Virus record (IMG/VR): IMGVR_UViG_3300031754_000002
Location: 32,001-96,000 of that record
DNA length: 64,000 bases
Source of the DNA: a virus
Strand: one strand, 5' to 3'
A model generated the notes under the pieces. That model saw only the letters and a list, made by a program, of their open reading frames with translations. It was not told the origin of the DNA and did not search any database. Numbering within the stretch: the stretch's first letter is position 1; each line of letters begins with the position of its first letter. Both the position numbers and the translations under genes were made by a program. Below are positions 1-9,649 of the stretch, piece by piece.

Positions 1-449
1 TCCGTCCCAAGGCCAGCAATAGCCATCGGCCCGAAGCTCACCGGGGCGTTCCATGTCGCTTCGCTGACTTTCGTTATCGCCGCGTTGCTCGATTCGGCGT
101 CCTTAGTGCCGCCTGCGCCGTGATCTTTGACATGGCAATTGCCCGCGATCGGCAGCAACGTCAGCCAGTAGAAGGTTCCTTTCACCACTTCCTGTGGCGT
201 GATACTCACTTCGACTTCGATGCCCGGCAGTGCTTTTTCGCCTTCCGCGAGCACCGTCCCCGGTTTTTCCGCGTTATCGGCGAGCAGCGCAAGGACCAGA
301 TGCGTACCCAAGATCGAGACAAGTTTGACCTTGAGCGTTTCCACCGTCCCGGTCACAGCAGCTTCAAACCGGAACGCTACAGCCTTCCCGGCTTTGATTT
401 CCGCAGAAGTGGACGGCCCTTCGGCTTCGCTGCCTACTAGCAGCGTCAT
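1..449 (-). CDS. Putative virion structural protein, 3' end truncated by window edge
   Basis: ATG at 449; reads MTLLVGSEAEGPSTSAEIKAGKAVAFRFEAAV... open to position 1; co-oriented with structural module. Confidence 0.6.
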   Translation of the reverse strand, partial: MTLLVGSEAEGPSTSAEIKAGKAVAFRFEAAVTGTVETLKVKLVSILGTHLVLALLADNAEKPGTVLAEGEKALPGIEVEVSITPQEVVKGTFYWLTLLPIAGNCHVKDHGAGGTKDAESSNAAITKVSEATWNAPVSFGPMAIAGLGT

Positions 450-451
450 CT

Positions 452-1057
452 CTACGGTGCCGGTGTACCTTCGGCAAGGTTCATGTCAGCCTCAGACGAT
501 TTCACTTCATAGGTGCCTTCCGCGCCGAACGCCTCTGGGGTCGTAAGCACACTGATCCCCAGCAGCTTTTTCCCGACACCCTGCCCGGTTTCCGTTTCCC
601 AGTAACCCTCAGCGCTGATCGTTTTCCCGGCAGGGATTTTCAGCGAGTGCGCGGTTACGTCTTCTGTCTTGCCTTCCGCCGCCGCACCAAAGTTCGTTTC
701 TTTACGCGCATACGCCCCACCGGACATCTCGGTCAGGACAATGTATTCGCTTGACGCTTTGAGTTCTGTGGTGAATTCGACGGCTGTGCCGCCTTCCGTT
801 AGCGACACTTCAAAATGCGCGGCGTTTTCCCCAATCACATAGTAGGGCCGCAAAGCAACCAGACCCGCGCCCCCGGACAGAACGCTGAAATACACCACGT
901 TCCCGTTTTTCAGCGACTGCGCCTTTTTGATCTGTTTCCCCGCCACGCTCGCTTCAACCGCAGTAGCAACCGAAGACGAGTACGCACCGATCCACCGGAC
1001 GCTATTGTGCCACATGGCGTTCAGCCCAACGTTCTTCGCCTCACCAGTACACGGCAT
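452..1057 (-). CDS. Putative virion structural protein
   Basis: Start MPCTGEAKNVGLNAM overlaps upstream stop (TAATG); GGAYARK motif resembles phage tail-associated proteins. Confidence 0.55.
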   Translation of the reverse strand: MPCTGEAKNVGLNAMWHNSVRWIGAYSSSVATAVEASVAGKQIKKAQSLKNGNVVYFSVLSGGAGLVALRPYYVIGENAAHFEVSLTEGGTAVEFTTELKASSEYIVLTEMSGGAYARKETNFGAAAEGKTEDVTAHSLKIPAGKTISAEGYWETETGQGVGKKLLGISVLTTPEAFGAEGTYEVKSSEADMNLAEGTPAP

Positions 1058-1287
1058 TACGCCACCTCCCCGTCCACGGTCGCAACACCCGTGATCACAT
1101 GCGCCGCGAGCTGGCACCAGCCCAAATCAAGCACCACATCCCGTGCTTGCTCCACGCCACCCTCCCTGAACCGCACACTCATCACGCCCTCGACACGCGC
1201 CTGCTGCTGTTCACACGCAGTCTGACCCATCTCCGGAGACTCCAACGTAGGGTTTTCGCCTTCCTTTTGGATCACCAGCTTCGGCAT
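1057..1287 (-). CDS. Hypothetical protein
   Basis: AGGAG RBS before MPKLVIQ; stop coupled to next start. Confidence 0.55.
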   Translation of the reverse strand: MPKLVIQKEGENPTLESPEMGQTACEQQQARVEGVMSVRFREGGVEQARDVVLDLGWCQLAAHVITGVATVDGEVA

Positions 1288-1300
1288 TAGCAGCTCCTTT

Positions 1301-2254
1301 TCAAGCAATTGCGGGGTGAACGCGCTGAGGCGCAAGCATTTTCATGGCATGAGGAGGAATCGCGGTCATCGGCAGCGCCACTTCCGCGTCAGCGGCCGTC
1401 ATAAGGCCTCGCCCGCTTGGCTGGGTGGTCTGCCACCACCAGCGCAACGTCTCGATAGCGGCCATTTGCACATTGCCGGGAATCACGGCCTGTGAGGATT
1501 CGTAGACCACATGCACAGCGTTCCGGCCGGGCATGAACGCGATCACGCCACCGCCCGCTGTCCTGCGTGTTAGCTCACCGAACTGCGGGTTGACTTCCAC
1601 GCTATAGATCGAGCCGAACACAGGGTTAGCCACCAGGGAGAGAGGGTACTCTATGGGGCCACGGAACTCTGATGCACCAAGGATGTTTAGGACCGGACTC
1701 GTGCCATACCCAAACGTGGGTGGGTGTAGCAGGCTAATGATGTTTGAGCCACCGTCGAACTTTTCGTTGTAGATGCGTGGTGTGATCGGCCCAACCACAT
1801 GTTCTATCAACGGACCGATAGCACTGATCCATTCCCGGAGTTTCGCGTCCTGCGTACGATCCTGCGCGGGTATCTGCAGACGATCCAAGACTTCTGGTAG
1901 ACCGACGATCATCCCCGTCGAAGCAGTCGTTAGGTTCGGCTGCACTTCAAGCCACAGGTAACCCTCAGTCGGGAAGGTCTGTTCTTCCCCACCAGCGAAC
2001 GTGACATGCCAGCTTGCCAGATAGTTCCCCGGCGCCGAGGTATCCGCTTTGCTTGGGGCGTAGTACAGCTTGCCTTCTGCCGCGTTGACCGTCACCACTT
2101 CGCCACTCAATGGCGCGGGTTCCCTTGCCGTGAGTGAGCGGAGGATGAACTTGACCGTCGCGCCTTCTAGGTTGACTACTTCCGAATTGGCGTATTCCAA
2201 CTGGTCGTATAGTAGGGGCTCAGTATCTCCAGCGACTACCTTCCAATCGGCCAT
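1301..2254 (-). CDS. Head-tail connector/adaptor-like protein with N-terminal BppU-like Ig domain
   Basis: N-terminus GDT..L...NLEGATVKF..GKLYY..DT..PGNY..WHVTFAGG.EQTFP; C-terminal adaptor-like region (IPGNVQMAAIE). Confidence 0.6.
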   Translation of the reverse strand: MADWKVVAGDTEPLLYDQLEYANSEVVNLEGATVKFILRSLTAREPAPLSGEVVTVNAAEGKLYYAPSKADTSAPGNYLASWHVTFAGGEEQTFPTEGYLWLEVQPNLTTASTGMIVGLPEVLDRLQIPAQDRTQDAKLREWISAIGPLIEHVVGPITPRIYNEKFDGGSNIISLLHPPTFGYGTSPVLNILGASEFRGPIEYPLSLVANPVFGSIYSVEVNPQFGELTRRTAGGGVIAFMPGRNAVHVVYESSQAVIPGNVQMAAIETLRWWWQTTQPSGRGLMTAADAEVALPMTAIPPHAMKMLAPQRVHPAIA

Positions 2255-2262
2255 AGCTCCCC

Positions 2263-2607
2263 CTACACGCTCCGCCAGACGCCGTGCTCAATGAAGCCGT
2301 GGTAGCCCCCACAGCCGTGGACACCGTTGCAAAGCACGCTTGGACTGATCGTGAGCGGTTCCCAGCTCGCGACGGTCCACGTCGGGCCTGCCTTCTCGCT
2401 GTCCGGGTCGAAGTTGACATAGCCGCCGCACGCGCGACCATCCTGCGCGCGGTGCCAGAAGATGATGCCGACGCGCTCGCCGCTCGCGCTCCCGCGACTC
2501 CATTGGAAACAGCAGTCGGTCCCGATCCTCGTCAGCTTGACCTCTCGGTCGCGCAACAGGTCCTCGTATGTGTATGGGTCGTCGGCTGAGCTGATTGGGT
2601 TGCCCAT
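2263..2607 (-). CDS. DUF6527-like small Zn-binding protein
   Basis: W...PLTISPSVLC...CGGYHGFIEHGVW motif. Confidence 0.6.
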   Translation of the reverse strand: MGNPISSADDPYTYEDLLRDREVKLTRIGTDCCFQWSRGSASGERVGIIFWHRAQDGRACGGYVNFDPDSEKAGPTWTVASWEPLTISPSVLCNGVHGCGGYHGFIEHGVWRSV

Positions 2608-2613
2608 CGCTCC

Positions 2614-2976
2614 TCAGATGAAGCGAATGGAGATAGGCGAGCTAGTCGGTGCCGACGAATGCACGATCAGCACCGTCGGCACCGTTTTCGCGAACGACAG
2701 CAACGTCGGGTTCGATTCGCCTATCAATAGACCCCCGTCCGCTTCGTTCACATTCGTACGCAGCTTCAATTCCGCCGACACGTTCACCGGAGGCATAATC
2801 AGGCACGCGGTCGCTTCCCCGTTCCCTGGCACCGTGAAACGGTTATCGCCCATCACAAGATTCGACACAAGGGTCTCGCCGATCACCACCTTGCCGATGA
2901 TGCTCAACGGGCCAGTGTTGGTTTCCCCCAGGGGCTCCGTCTCCGAATGCCCCGTAATGTTCAGGGAGCCCGGCAC
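2614..2976 (-). CDS. Hypothetical virion-associated protein
   Basis: Tightly packed ORF in structural operon. Confidence 0.55.
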   Translation of the reverse strand: MPGSLNITGHSETEPLGETNTGPLSIIGKVVIGETLVSNLVMGDNRFTVPGNGEATACLIMPPVNVSAELKLRTNVNEADGGLLIGESNPTLLSFAKTVPTVLIVHSSAPTSSPISIRFI

Positions 2977-2977
2977 G

Positions 2978-3763
2978 CTACACCAGGATCATCAACGGGG
3001 CTTTAGCGATAGCCGTCAGCGTCGTTTCGAGTTTAGCTTCGGGTTTAACGCCTTCTTCCGCCGCCGGTTTATTCGATGCGGCAATGAACAATGGAGTTTC
3101 CTTGCCCGCCACTTTCTCGCCTTCTTTAGCGATCACCGCGAGCTTTACTTCCGTCGGCGAAATCAGACAAGTACCAATCGTGCCCACAGCCACATAGTTG
3201 ACGTAGATAAAGCCGTTGGGTGCGTTGGTTTCTGTGACCGTCAACGCGGCTTTCAACGTCCAGAAGAAGATTTCGTTGGCTTTCAGTTCCGTTGCCACAC
3301 TCGTTGATTCCGCGAGCAACGCTGGTTTCGCACCTTTGCCTTCATACAACGCCGCCTGCGAAGCGGTCATTGTTGAGAACGCGGTTTCCCCGACAAACAA
3401 CCCGATTTTCGAGATGACATCACCGGCCTTGACCGGGATCGGCACCGACACCCCGAATTTCGTGGCTGCCCCGGTCGCTTCATCTTTGCATCCAGACAAG
3501 CCCAGGTAGTCAAGATTCGACCGTCCCGGCCGTGACGTGTTCCCGACCTGTCGCTGGTTGCCGTACAACGCTGCGGCCTCACCGCCGGGCGATGTTTCCG
3601 CACCAGCGATGGGGGATACCGCCGCGGAAGGACCAGCCGACAGGTTCGCCAGCACCGATTCAACCATTGCCTGGCTGATACCGAGAATATCAGCGATTGT
3701 CGCCGTACCGTACTTTGCACCATACGCTAGATCAAAGATACGTTCGTTCTGCGTGATCGCCAT
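2978..3763 (-). CDS. Putative capsid decoration protein (paralog of 4134-4757)
   Basis: Shares RSNLxY and VPIPVxxGDxISK motifs with 4134-4757; downstream of MCP. Confidence 0.5.
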   Translation of the reverse strand: MAITQNERIFDLAYGAKYGTATIADILGISQAMVESVLANLSAGPSAAVSPIAGAETSPGGEAAALYGNQRQVGNTSRPGRSNLDYLGLSGCKDEATGAATKFGVSVPIPVKAGDVISKIGLFVGETAFSTMTASQAALYEGKGAKPALLAESTSVATELKANEIFFWTLKAALTVTETNAPNGFIYVNYVAVGTIGTCLISPTEVKLAVIAKEGEKVAGKETPLFIAASNKPAAEEGVKPEAKLETTLTAIAKAPLMILV

Positions 3764-3775
3764 TCGTGTCTCCTT

Positions 3776-4075
3776 TTATTCGGTCACAGCCTCGGGCGAC
3801 GTGACGGCCGTAAGGGTCTCCTCCCGATTGCAAATCTCGCAGCGGTCCGCGATGGCTCCATGCTCGCAGCGCGGCATCGGCCTGCGACCCCTCCGGGGAC
3901 GCTCAGCCATCGTGTTCTCCATCGGCTCCGGGGTCACGGTTTCCAACGGGCCAGCTGTCTCACCTACCCCTAGACGGCCAAGTTCGATCTTCATACACCG
4001 GACCATTGACGCATCGCCGCGCGAGCGGGCGCTAGCGAGAGCCTGTCGAAAACTGGCGATACGCGCTGCACTCAT
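3776..4075 (-). CDS. Hypothetical protein with C-terminal CEH..C..C Zn motif
   Basis: AGGAG RBS; ORF track. Confidence 0.55.
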   Translation of the reverse strand: MSAARIASFRQALASARSRGDASMVRCMKIELGRLGVGETAGPLETVTPEPMENTMAERPRRGRRPMPRCEHGAIADRCEICNREETLTAVTSPEAVTE

Positions 4076-4095
4076 TTACTGCTCCTTATCCGGTG

Positions 4096-4121
4096 GAGGG
4101 CCGGCATAAGCACCGGCCCTC
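4096..4121. terminator. Intergenic stem-loop (terminator or processing hairpin)
   Basis: GAGGGCCGG-cataagca-CCGGCCCTC, 9-bp stem without a U-tract. Confidence 0.4.
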
Positions 4122-4133
4122 ACTATCGAGTGG

Positions 4134-4757
4134 TTAGGTCAGGAAGACAAGCGGCACTTTTTCAGTCGCTTTACCTTCGATCGTGATTTCAGTTGCCGCT
4201 TCCCCGGCGCCTTTCTGTTCCAATTCGACAGCGAATGCTTCCGGCGCCCCCGTGAACCATTCATACTGCACGCCGGTTTTGCAGGCGAAACCAACCAGTG
4301 TCTCGATCGTGGTCGCTTCGACCGTCAACCCAGCCCATATGTAGCCGAACGGCGCGTTGGTGGTCGTGACAAGCACCGATTTTTCGAGTTCGACCGTCAG
4401 CGCTTTCGAGGCTACGATTTCCACTTTCGCCACTTTGCTCTGAGCAAGCAGCAAACCTTTGCCTTTGGGTTTCGAGGCGCCCCCGTATAGCGACACGAAC
4501 GATTCGACACCCGTTTTGCCCGCCGTGGCACCAACGAGAACAGACACCTTCGAGATGATGTCGCCATATTCCACCGGGATCGGGACGAACACACCTTTTT
4601 TCGTCGCGGCTGTCGCCTGATCCGTCAACAGGTTCAGCGAGGTGTAGTAGAGGTTGCTCCGTGCCGGAATGTTGCTCTGCGTAGCGTTCGAGACACCCCC
4701 AAGGATGCGGTCCAGCGGGCTGTACTGTGGCCAGCGGCCACCCATAAGATCGGTCAT
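4134..4757 (-). CDS. Putative capsid decoration protein
   Basis: Immediately after MCP; AGGAG RBS before MTDLMGG; paralog of 2978-3763. Confidence 0.5.
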   Translation of the reverse strand: MTDLMGGRWPQYSPLDRILGGVSNATQSNIPARSNLYYTSLNLLTDQATAATKKGVFVPIPVEYGDIISKVSVLVGATAGKTGVESFVSLYGGASKPKGKGLLLAQSKVAKVEIVASKALTVELEKSVLVTTTNAPFGYIWAGLTVEATTIETLVGFACKTGVQYEWFTGAPEAFAVELEQKGAGEAATEITIEGKATEKVPLVFLT

Positions 4758-4890
4758 TCTGCAGCTCCTTTGAGAGGCGACCCCTTGGGATCGCTGTTTC
4801 ACCCTTGCGGTTGAGGGTCGCCTTACTAGTCGTAGGTTTGTTTTTCACGACGGGAGGGAGCCAGCCATTGCCGACCCCCTCCCTGCCTGA

Positions 4891-7433
4891 TTAGATCGTC
4901 GGCGCGTACACCGATGATGTGAATTTGATCGTCGTGCCGATGCCAGCGCCGACAGGCGGGGCGAAGCCCGTCCCCGACGCAATTGCTAGCGACTGGCCGT
5001 AGCGCATCAAAAACGCGTAGTACGAAAAGACCTGGAAGCGAATCTCCAGTGTCCCGGACAGTACCTCGCTGAGTGCCCGCGTACGCAGCAGACCCTCAAA
5101 CAGCCATGCGTCGTCGAACTTCGCGGCCAGCGCAATGTCGGCTGTACCGGCGCCTGGCACTCCTTCTTTGTCTTTCGTCGGGATGTTCGCGTCAACATAA
5201 ACGTTGTGCGGGCCGAACGGCAGTGAAGCGACAAGCCCCTCTGCGGGATCTTCGCCAGCGCCGTACAGCGCGTCGATGTTGAACGGACCGAAGTCCGAAC
5301 GGTTAGCCAGCACACGGCCAGCCTTCCCTTCCAGACCATCCAGCTGTGTCCCGAACCAGTACCAACGGCGCGGGTTCGTGACCACATGCACGTTCTGCAC
5401 GCTGAACCGGGTTGTGGCGATCTGCGACACCATCGCCGCCATCGCCATGTTGAACGCCTGACCAACTGGGGCTGCTTCTTCCCAGTTGACTTCGTTTGCC
5501 TTCCAGTTCGACGCCGGGTACAGACCCTTAATCAAACCAGCGTTCAACGCACCAGTGTTCGTGCCCGGTGCTGTAAGAACTTCCCTGTCGAGCTGACGGT
5601 TGAAGTCAGCGATTAGATCCTCCATGATCGCCTCGTCCAGGTGGTACGGCGACTGCTCCAAAAGCTGGATAGCGATGTCGCTCTGGCCCGCCAACGTCTT
5701 CACGTTCGCGGTCACAGCTTCATCCGTCCAGTCCTTTTCTTCCACGGGCGCCGAGTCCGCTGTCTGCGGGCGAACCGCAGTCAGTTCCTTCAGCTTCGGC
5801 AGGTTGATGCTATCCGTGCCCTCCGGGAGTGCCATCCTACGACACAGGTCCGCAGTGATTCTACCGGCACGGAGACCCTTGACGAACTCTTTCATCCAAA
5901 GCGGCGGAACAAAGACGATGTGTTACCGCGCGAACCTGCTAGACTATTAGGGTGGCTCACCAACCGACTCCACTACAAGCCGCCTGGTTCGCCGGACTCT
6001 TTGAGGGCGAGGGTTGCATCTCTATCGAGAAGAATGGGGCCGTCGGCCTAACGGTCAAAATGACCGACCGGGATGTCATCGAGCGTGTCAACGCTCTCTT
6101 CCCCTGCAACAAGATCGGCGTAATCGATCCGAAGCCAATGCGACCTCACTACAAGCAGCCGAAGCGCGCTTATACTTGGCGCATACGTAAGCCGGATACG
6201 GTTCGGGACATACTCGAACTGATCCTGCCCTATCTCGGGGAGCGGCGCAGCACTAAAGCTATAGCCCTGCTAACTCACCTCGATACTCGGCCTGGTACCG
6301 GCGGCACCCACCGCGCGAGGACCCATTGCGCCAAGGGGCATGAATACAGCCCCGAGAACACCTATGTGAATCCCGCCAATGGCTACCGTAGCTGCCGCAC
6401 TTGCCAACGAGCATCGGCAGCAGCCCACCATCGCGCGCACCGTGACGAGCTGAATGCCCGTCAGCGGATACCAGGTGGTCGCGGTCCCTACAAAAAACGC
6501 TCTGTTTCCTAGTCTGTGTTTTTCCTAGTCTGTGTTTCGCGTGGGCTAGGTCATTTCTGCCTAGCTCTTGCGGTTTACCATCCCGCAAGACCGGACTATA
6601 TCTTCACCCTCAGATGTAGGGTGCAACGGTATCTAGTCTCTACGGCGCCCGCAGTACTTCGCGGTTCCCTCGGTATTAGCCGGTACTTCCCTTTTGGTGG
6701 CCTTCACCGATATCCCGTTGAGTTTGCCTGGCGCTTACGCGGCCAGGAGGGCCCTTGACCCGCCTTGTCCCGGCAACCGGTTAGGGTTGACGCGCTGCTC
6801 TTCCACTGCCTGGCGGACGAACGGATCGCCTTCCAGACCATGCGCACGGATACCCAACGGTCCTGACAGGTCACGGGTGATACCCCGCTCTGCCCGGTCC
6901 ATCTCCTCAAGCGTGCGAACTTCCTGTCGCTTGACGATCTCGGGGATCTCCACCCGCATCTCCGTCGTGTGTTTGTCGATGCGCTCCTCGCACGACGGGT
7001 CATTCAGGGTCGCCCGAACTCCAGGGAGATCCCTTGCTGCGAGATCACGGAAGAACGAGTGCCCGTTACCGCGTTCGTACGTCAGTGGCTCTTTGACCAC
7101 TTCGATACGCTCGCGTGCCTCCGGCCGTGAAGCCTCCTGCGCGTCTGCTTCCCTGCGCGCAAGCAGCTCCTCCTCGTCGATCCGGCGGTCTAGCGTTTTG
7201 ATCTCCGCCATCCGCTGGTCGTGTGCTGCCTCGAACGCGCCTTCGTCAAGCGCGAACTGTGAACGCTCATCCTCCGTAACCTCGTCGGCCTTGCGGCCCT
7301 CGAAGGTCTCGCGCTCTTTACGACGAGCAGTCAACGCTACTGCTGCAGCATCGACTAGATCCTTGCGTTTGTCCTGCAACTGCTCAAGGATCGTACGCTC
7401 CTCGGTCACTACCTCCTCTGTATCAGCGTCCAT
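4891..7433 (-). CDS. Major capsid protein 1 (HK97-fold), spliced: exon 1 7433-6758, exon 2 5915-4891 (566 aa)
   Basis: Joining the exons gives ...RVNPNRLPGQGG-F-FVPPLWMKEF..., collinear with the second MCP; coiled-coil delta-like N-terminus; total 1701 nt in frame. Confidence 0.85.
5916..6757 (-). ncRNA. Group I self-splicing intron in the capsid gene
   Basis: 5' exon ends in U forming a U.G pair in P1 (GGGU/GCCC); core elements AUAUCGGUGAA, AAUACCGAG, GUAGAGACUA, AAGAUAUAGUCC; terminal G at 5916; removal restores frame. Confidence 0.9.
5952..6512 (+). CDS. LAGLIDADG homing endonuclease with C-terminal Zn-finger, antisense within the intron
   Basis: WFAGLFEGEGCIS motif; THCAKGHEY..NTY...RSCRTC; upstream TGcTAGACT extended -10, leaderless. 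Confidence 0.8.
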   Translation: MAHQPTPLQAAWFAGLFEGEGCISIEKNGAVGLTVKMTDRDVIERVNALFPCNKIGVIDPKPMRPHYKQPKRAYTWRIRKPDTVRDILELILPYLGERRSTKAIALLTHLDTRPGTGGTHRARTHCAKGHEYSPENTYVNPANGYRSCRTCQRASAAAHHRAHRDELNARQRIPGGRGPYKKRSVS

Positions 7434-7573
7434 AAGACGCCTCCTTTGTGTGATGCCCACTGAGGGCTTTTACTGGCCCCCAGGCGATGCTCGACCAGCG
7501 CGAAGGCTCACACCCGGCGATCAACGGGGTGTGAGGCAACGCTCGGGCAGAACGTCAACGCGGGTTTACTGCA

Positions 7574-7645
7574 TGGCGGAGCTGTGACTCGAACACAGTC
7601 CCTCGGCTTATGAGGCCGAGATGGTAACCCTTCCACCACTCCGCT
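7574..7645 (-). tRNA. tRNA-Met(CAU), initiator-like
   Basis: Cloverleaf: AGCGGAG/CTCCGCC (1:72 mismatch), anticodon arm TCGGC-CTCATAA-GCCGA, T arm CTGTG-TTCGAGT-CACAG. Confidence 0.85.
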
Positions 7646-7651
7646 ACGACA

Positions 7652-8365
7652 CTACTGTCCTCCGAAAACCTGCGACCATTCCTCCGTACCTTCCGGAGCC
7701 ACGGAGATGTATCCGTTCGGTGCAAGCTCAAACGGTTCGGTGACGCTCGACCGCCAAGACATCTGCGTCGGGTTCACCAACTGTGGGTACCCGAACCATG
7801 CGGGGAGCGCAAAGTCTGCAACCCACACATCACCGATCTGATACCCGCAGCCCTGCACGGGGTCGCCGACCTCCACGATGACCTTCTGTTTCTTCGCCGG
7901 GTTGATGACCGTACGCACCGATCTGGTCACATTGGGATCTACACACATCTCGCATGCCTCGTGGCTCAGCACTTCCCCTGGATGCTCATTGGCTTCCATC
8001 GTGGTCTTCACAAACACCTTCGCCAACGGTGTTTCGGGTGCGTCAGCCCTCAACCCACGCGAGGAGTGCATGGACGCTTTCTTCGGTCCAGCGGACTGCG
8101 CGTCGAATGCCCGGTCTTCGTGATAGCCCAAGGCTCCCTGCTGGTCACTCGTGTCCAGCAGTTCGATATGCCATGTGCCTGCCGGTAGCGGCTCACCCTT
8201 CGGGATGAACTCTGCACTCGCGGGGGCCGATAGGCCCTGCGTCACCCAGCATGACGCACCATATTCCGTGGTCAACTGTGTGTTCAACGCTGCTACCACT
8301 ATGGCTGCGCGCTCATCGGTCATCACGGTTGAGAGGTTCTGCACGGTGATCTTTACGGGTTCCAT
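7652..8365 (-). CDS. Putative zincin-like metallopeptidase-fold protein
   Basis: GALGYH...SHEACEMCVDP...EVGDPVQ motifs. Confidence 0.5.
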   Translation of the reverse strand: MEPVKITVQNLSTVMTDERAAIVVAALNTQLTTEYGASCWVTQGLSAPASAEFIPKGEPLPAGTWHIELLDTSDQQGALGYHEDRAFDAQSAGPKKASMHSSRGLRADAPETPLAKVFVKTTMEANEHPGEVLSHEACEMCVDPNVTRSVRTVINPAKKQKVIVEVGDPVQGCGYQIGDVWVADFALPAWFGYPQLVNPTQMSWRSSVTEPFELAPNGYISVAPEGTEEWSQVFGGQ

Positions 8366-8377
8366 TGAGTCCTCCAG

Positions 8378-9649
8378 TTATGAGACGCGTGGCGCCAGAA
8401 GTTCGAGTGTACGCCATGGCTGTTCCCACAGCACACCCATCGTGCCATTGAGTTCCCCGGTGAACACTGTGAGCGTCGGGTCAGTCCACGCTTCCCGGAG
8501 CACCGTAGCGAGCGCTTTTTCGCCGGGTTCTTCACCGAACACGTACTTTTTGAAGTAGCTGCTGCCATTCAGCGGGTTGATGCCGCCACCCTGACCGCCA
8601 GTAATATCGTAGGGAGTGAACAGTGTGCGGGGGTCGGCCATGTTGAAGTTCACGCCGCCGCCCTGATCGGTCACGACATAGCCGTATTCGCGGCCCGCTT
8701 CATAGATCGCTGCTGCCAACCGGCCAGTGATACCCTGTTCGGACGCAGTTGATGTTTTGGGCCACGCGAACCACGAACCCTCCGGCACACCGTCAAACGA
8801 GCCTTTCCCTTCTGGCCCTTCAGTCGTGTACGCCGGGTTTGGCGTCACTTCATCTTCAAGGGTTTCGTGCGTGTTCTTTTTCGGGCTACTGTCGTTATGT
8901 GTGGCGGGTGCAACATGTTCGTTTAGCGTAACCTCGATGCTGAGGTTCAGCGCGTGTTCGATTTTCCCGCCGCGCGCCACCTTCACAAGGTCCAGCATCG
9001 TGATCGCACCTGAGACGTAAGAGAGATGCGACGCCGACACCTGACCCGTTTCCGCAGGACAGATGCCATTCCATTTCGAGGCTTCGGGGATGTGAACGCC
9101 GTAGCCGAACTTCCATTCGCCTTTGTGGGCACCAGCTAGGAACGTGCCGAGCCGGTGCATTTCCCAAAGCTCATCCGTCGCCGGACACCAGATGACCGCC
9201 ACACCATCGCTGCCGAGCGCCTGTATGCGCCCCTTTGGGACCGCCGACAACGTTGGCAGCGGGACCGCATTGAAGCCTTCCTGGATGTGTTCGTTGAATT
9301 CGCCCGTCCTGAGCGTTTCTTCCGCCCCGCCTTCTTCGACGAGCCATATCTTCACGCGCGGCTGCTGGTAGGGGACGACCCATATCGGGACCGAGAAGTT
9401 CTTCCCGTTGATGAACGGGTAGGCGCCTTCGGCCGCGCCGCCGTAGCCGAGCCCCGCGTAGCCGTAGAACGTGCCAGCCTTGGCCGCGCGGTTGTAATAC
9501 ATCTGGTTGGCGAGCTTCCCCACGCGTTCTTCGGAGACTGCTTTTTCGGCGCGGGCGAGGACTGTCGCGTTCGCCCGGAAGATACTGGACGCACTGACCA
9601 AGCTCTGCCGCCTCGGCAACACAAGGCCGGATGCGGCAATGCCCAGCAT
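8378..9649 (-). CDS. Hypothetical protein, possibly a virion-associated enzyme
   Basis: 423-aa ORF; GKIEHAL and YGYVVTDQGG motifs. Confidence 0.6.
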   Translation of the reverse strand: MLGIAASGLVLPRRQSLVSASSIFRANATVLARAEKAVSEERVGKLANQMYYNRAAKAGTFYGYAGLGYGGAAEGAYPFINGKNFSVPIWVVPYQQPRVKIWLVEEGGAEETLRTGEFNEHIQEGFNAVPLPTLSAVPKGRIQALGSDGVAVIWCPATDELWEMHRLGTFLAGAHKGEWKFGYGVHIPEASKWNGICPAETGQVSASHLSYVSGAITMLDLVKVARGGKIEHALNLSIEVTLNEHVAPATHNDSSPKKNTHETLEDEVTPNPAYTTEGPEGKGSFDGVPEGSWFAWPKTSTASEQGITGRLAAAIYEAGREYGYVVTDQGGGVNFNMADPRTLFTPYDITGGQGGGINPLNGSSYFKKYVFGEEPGEKALATVLREAWTDPTLTVFTGELNGTMGVLWEQPWRTLELLAPRVS

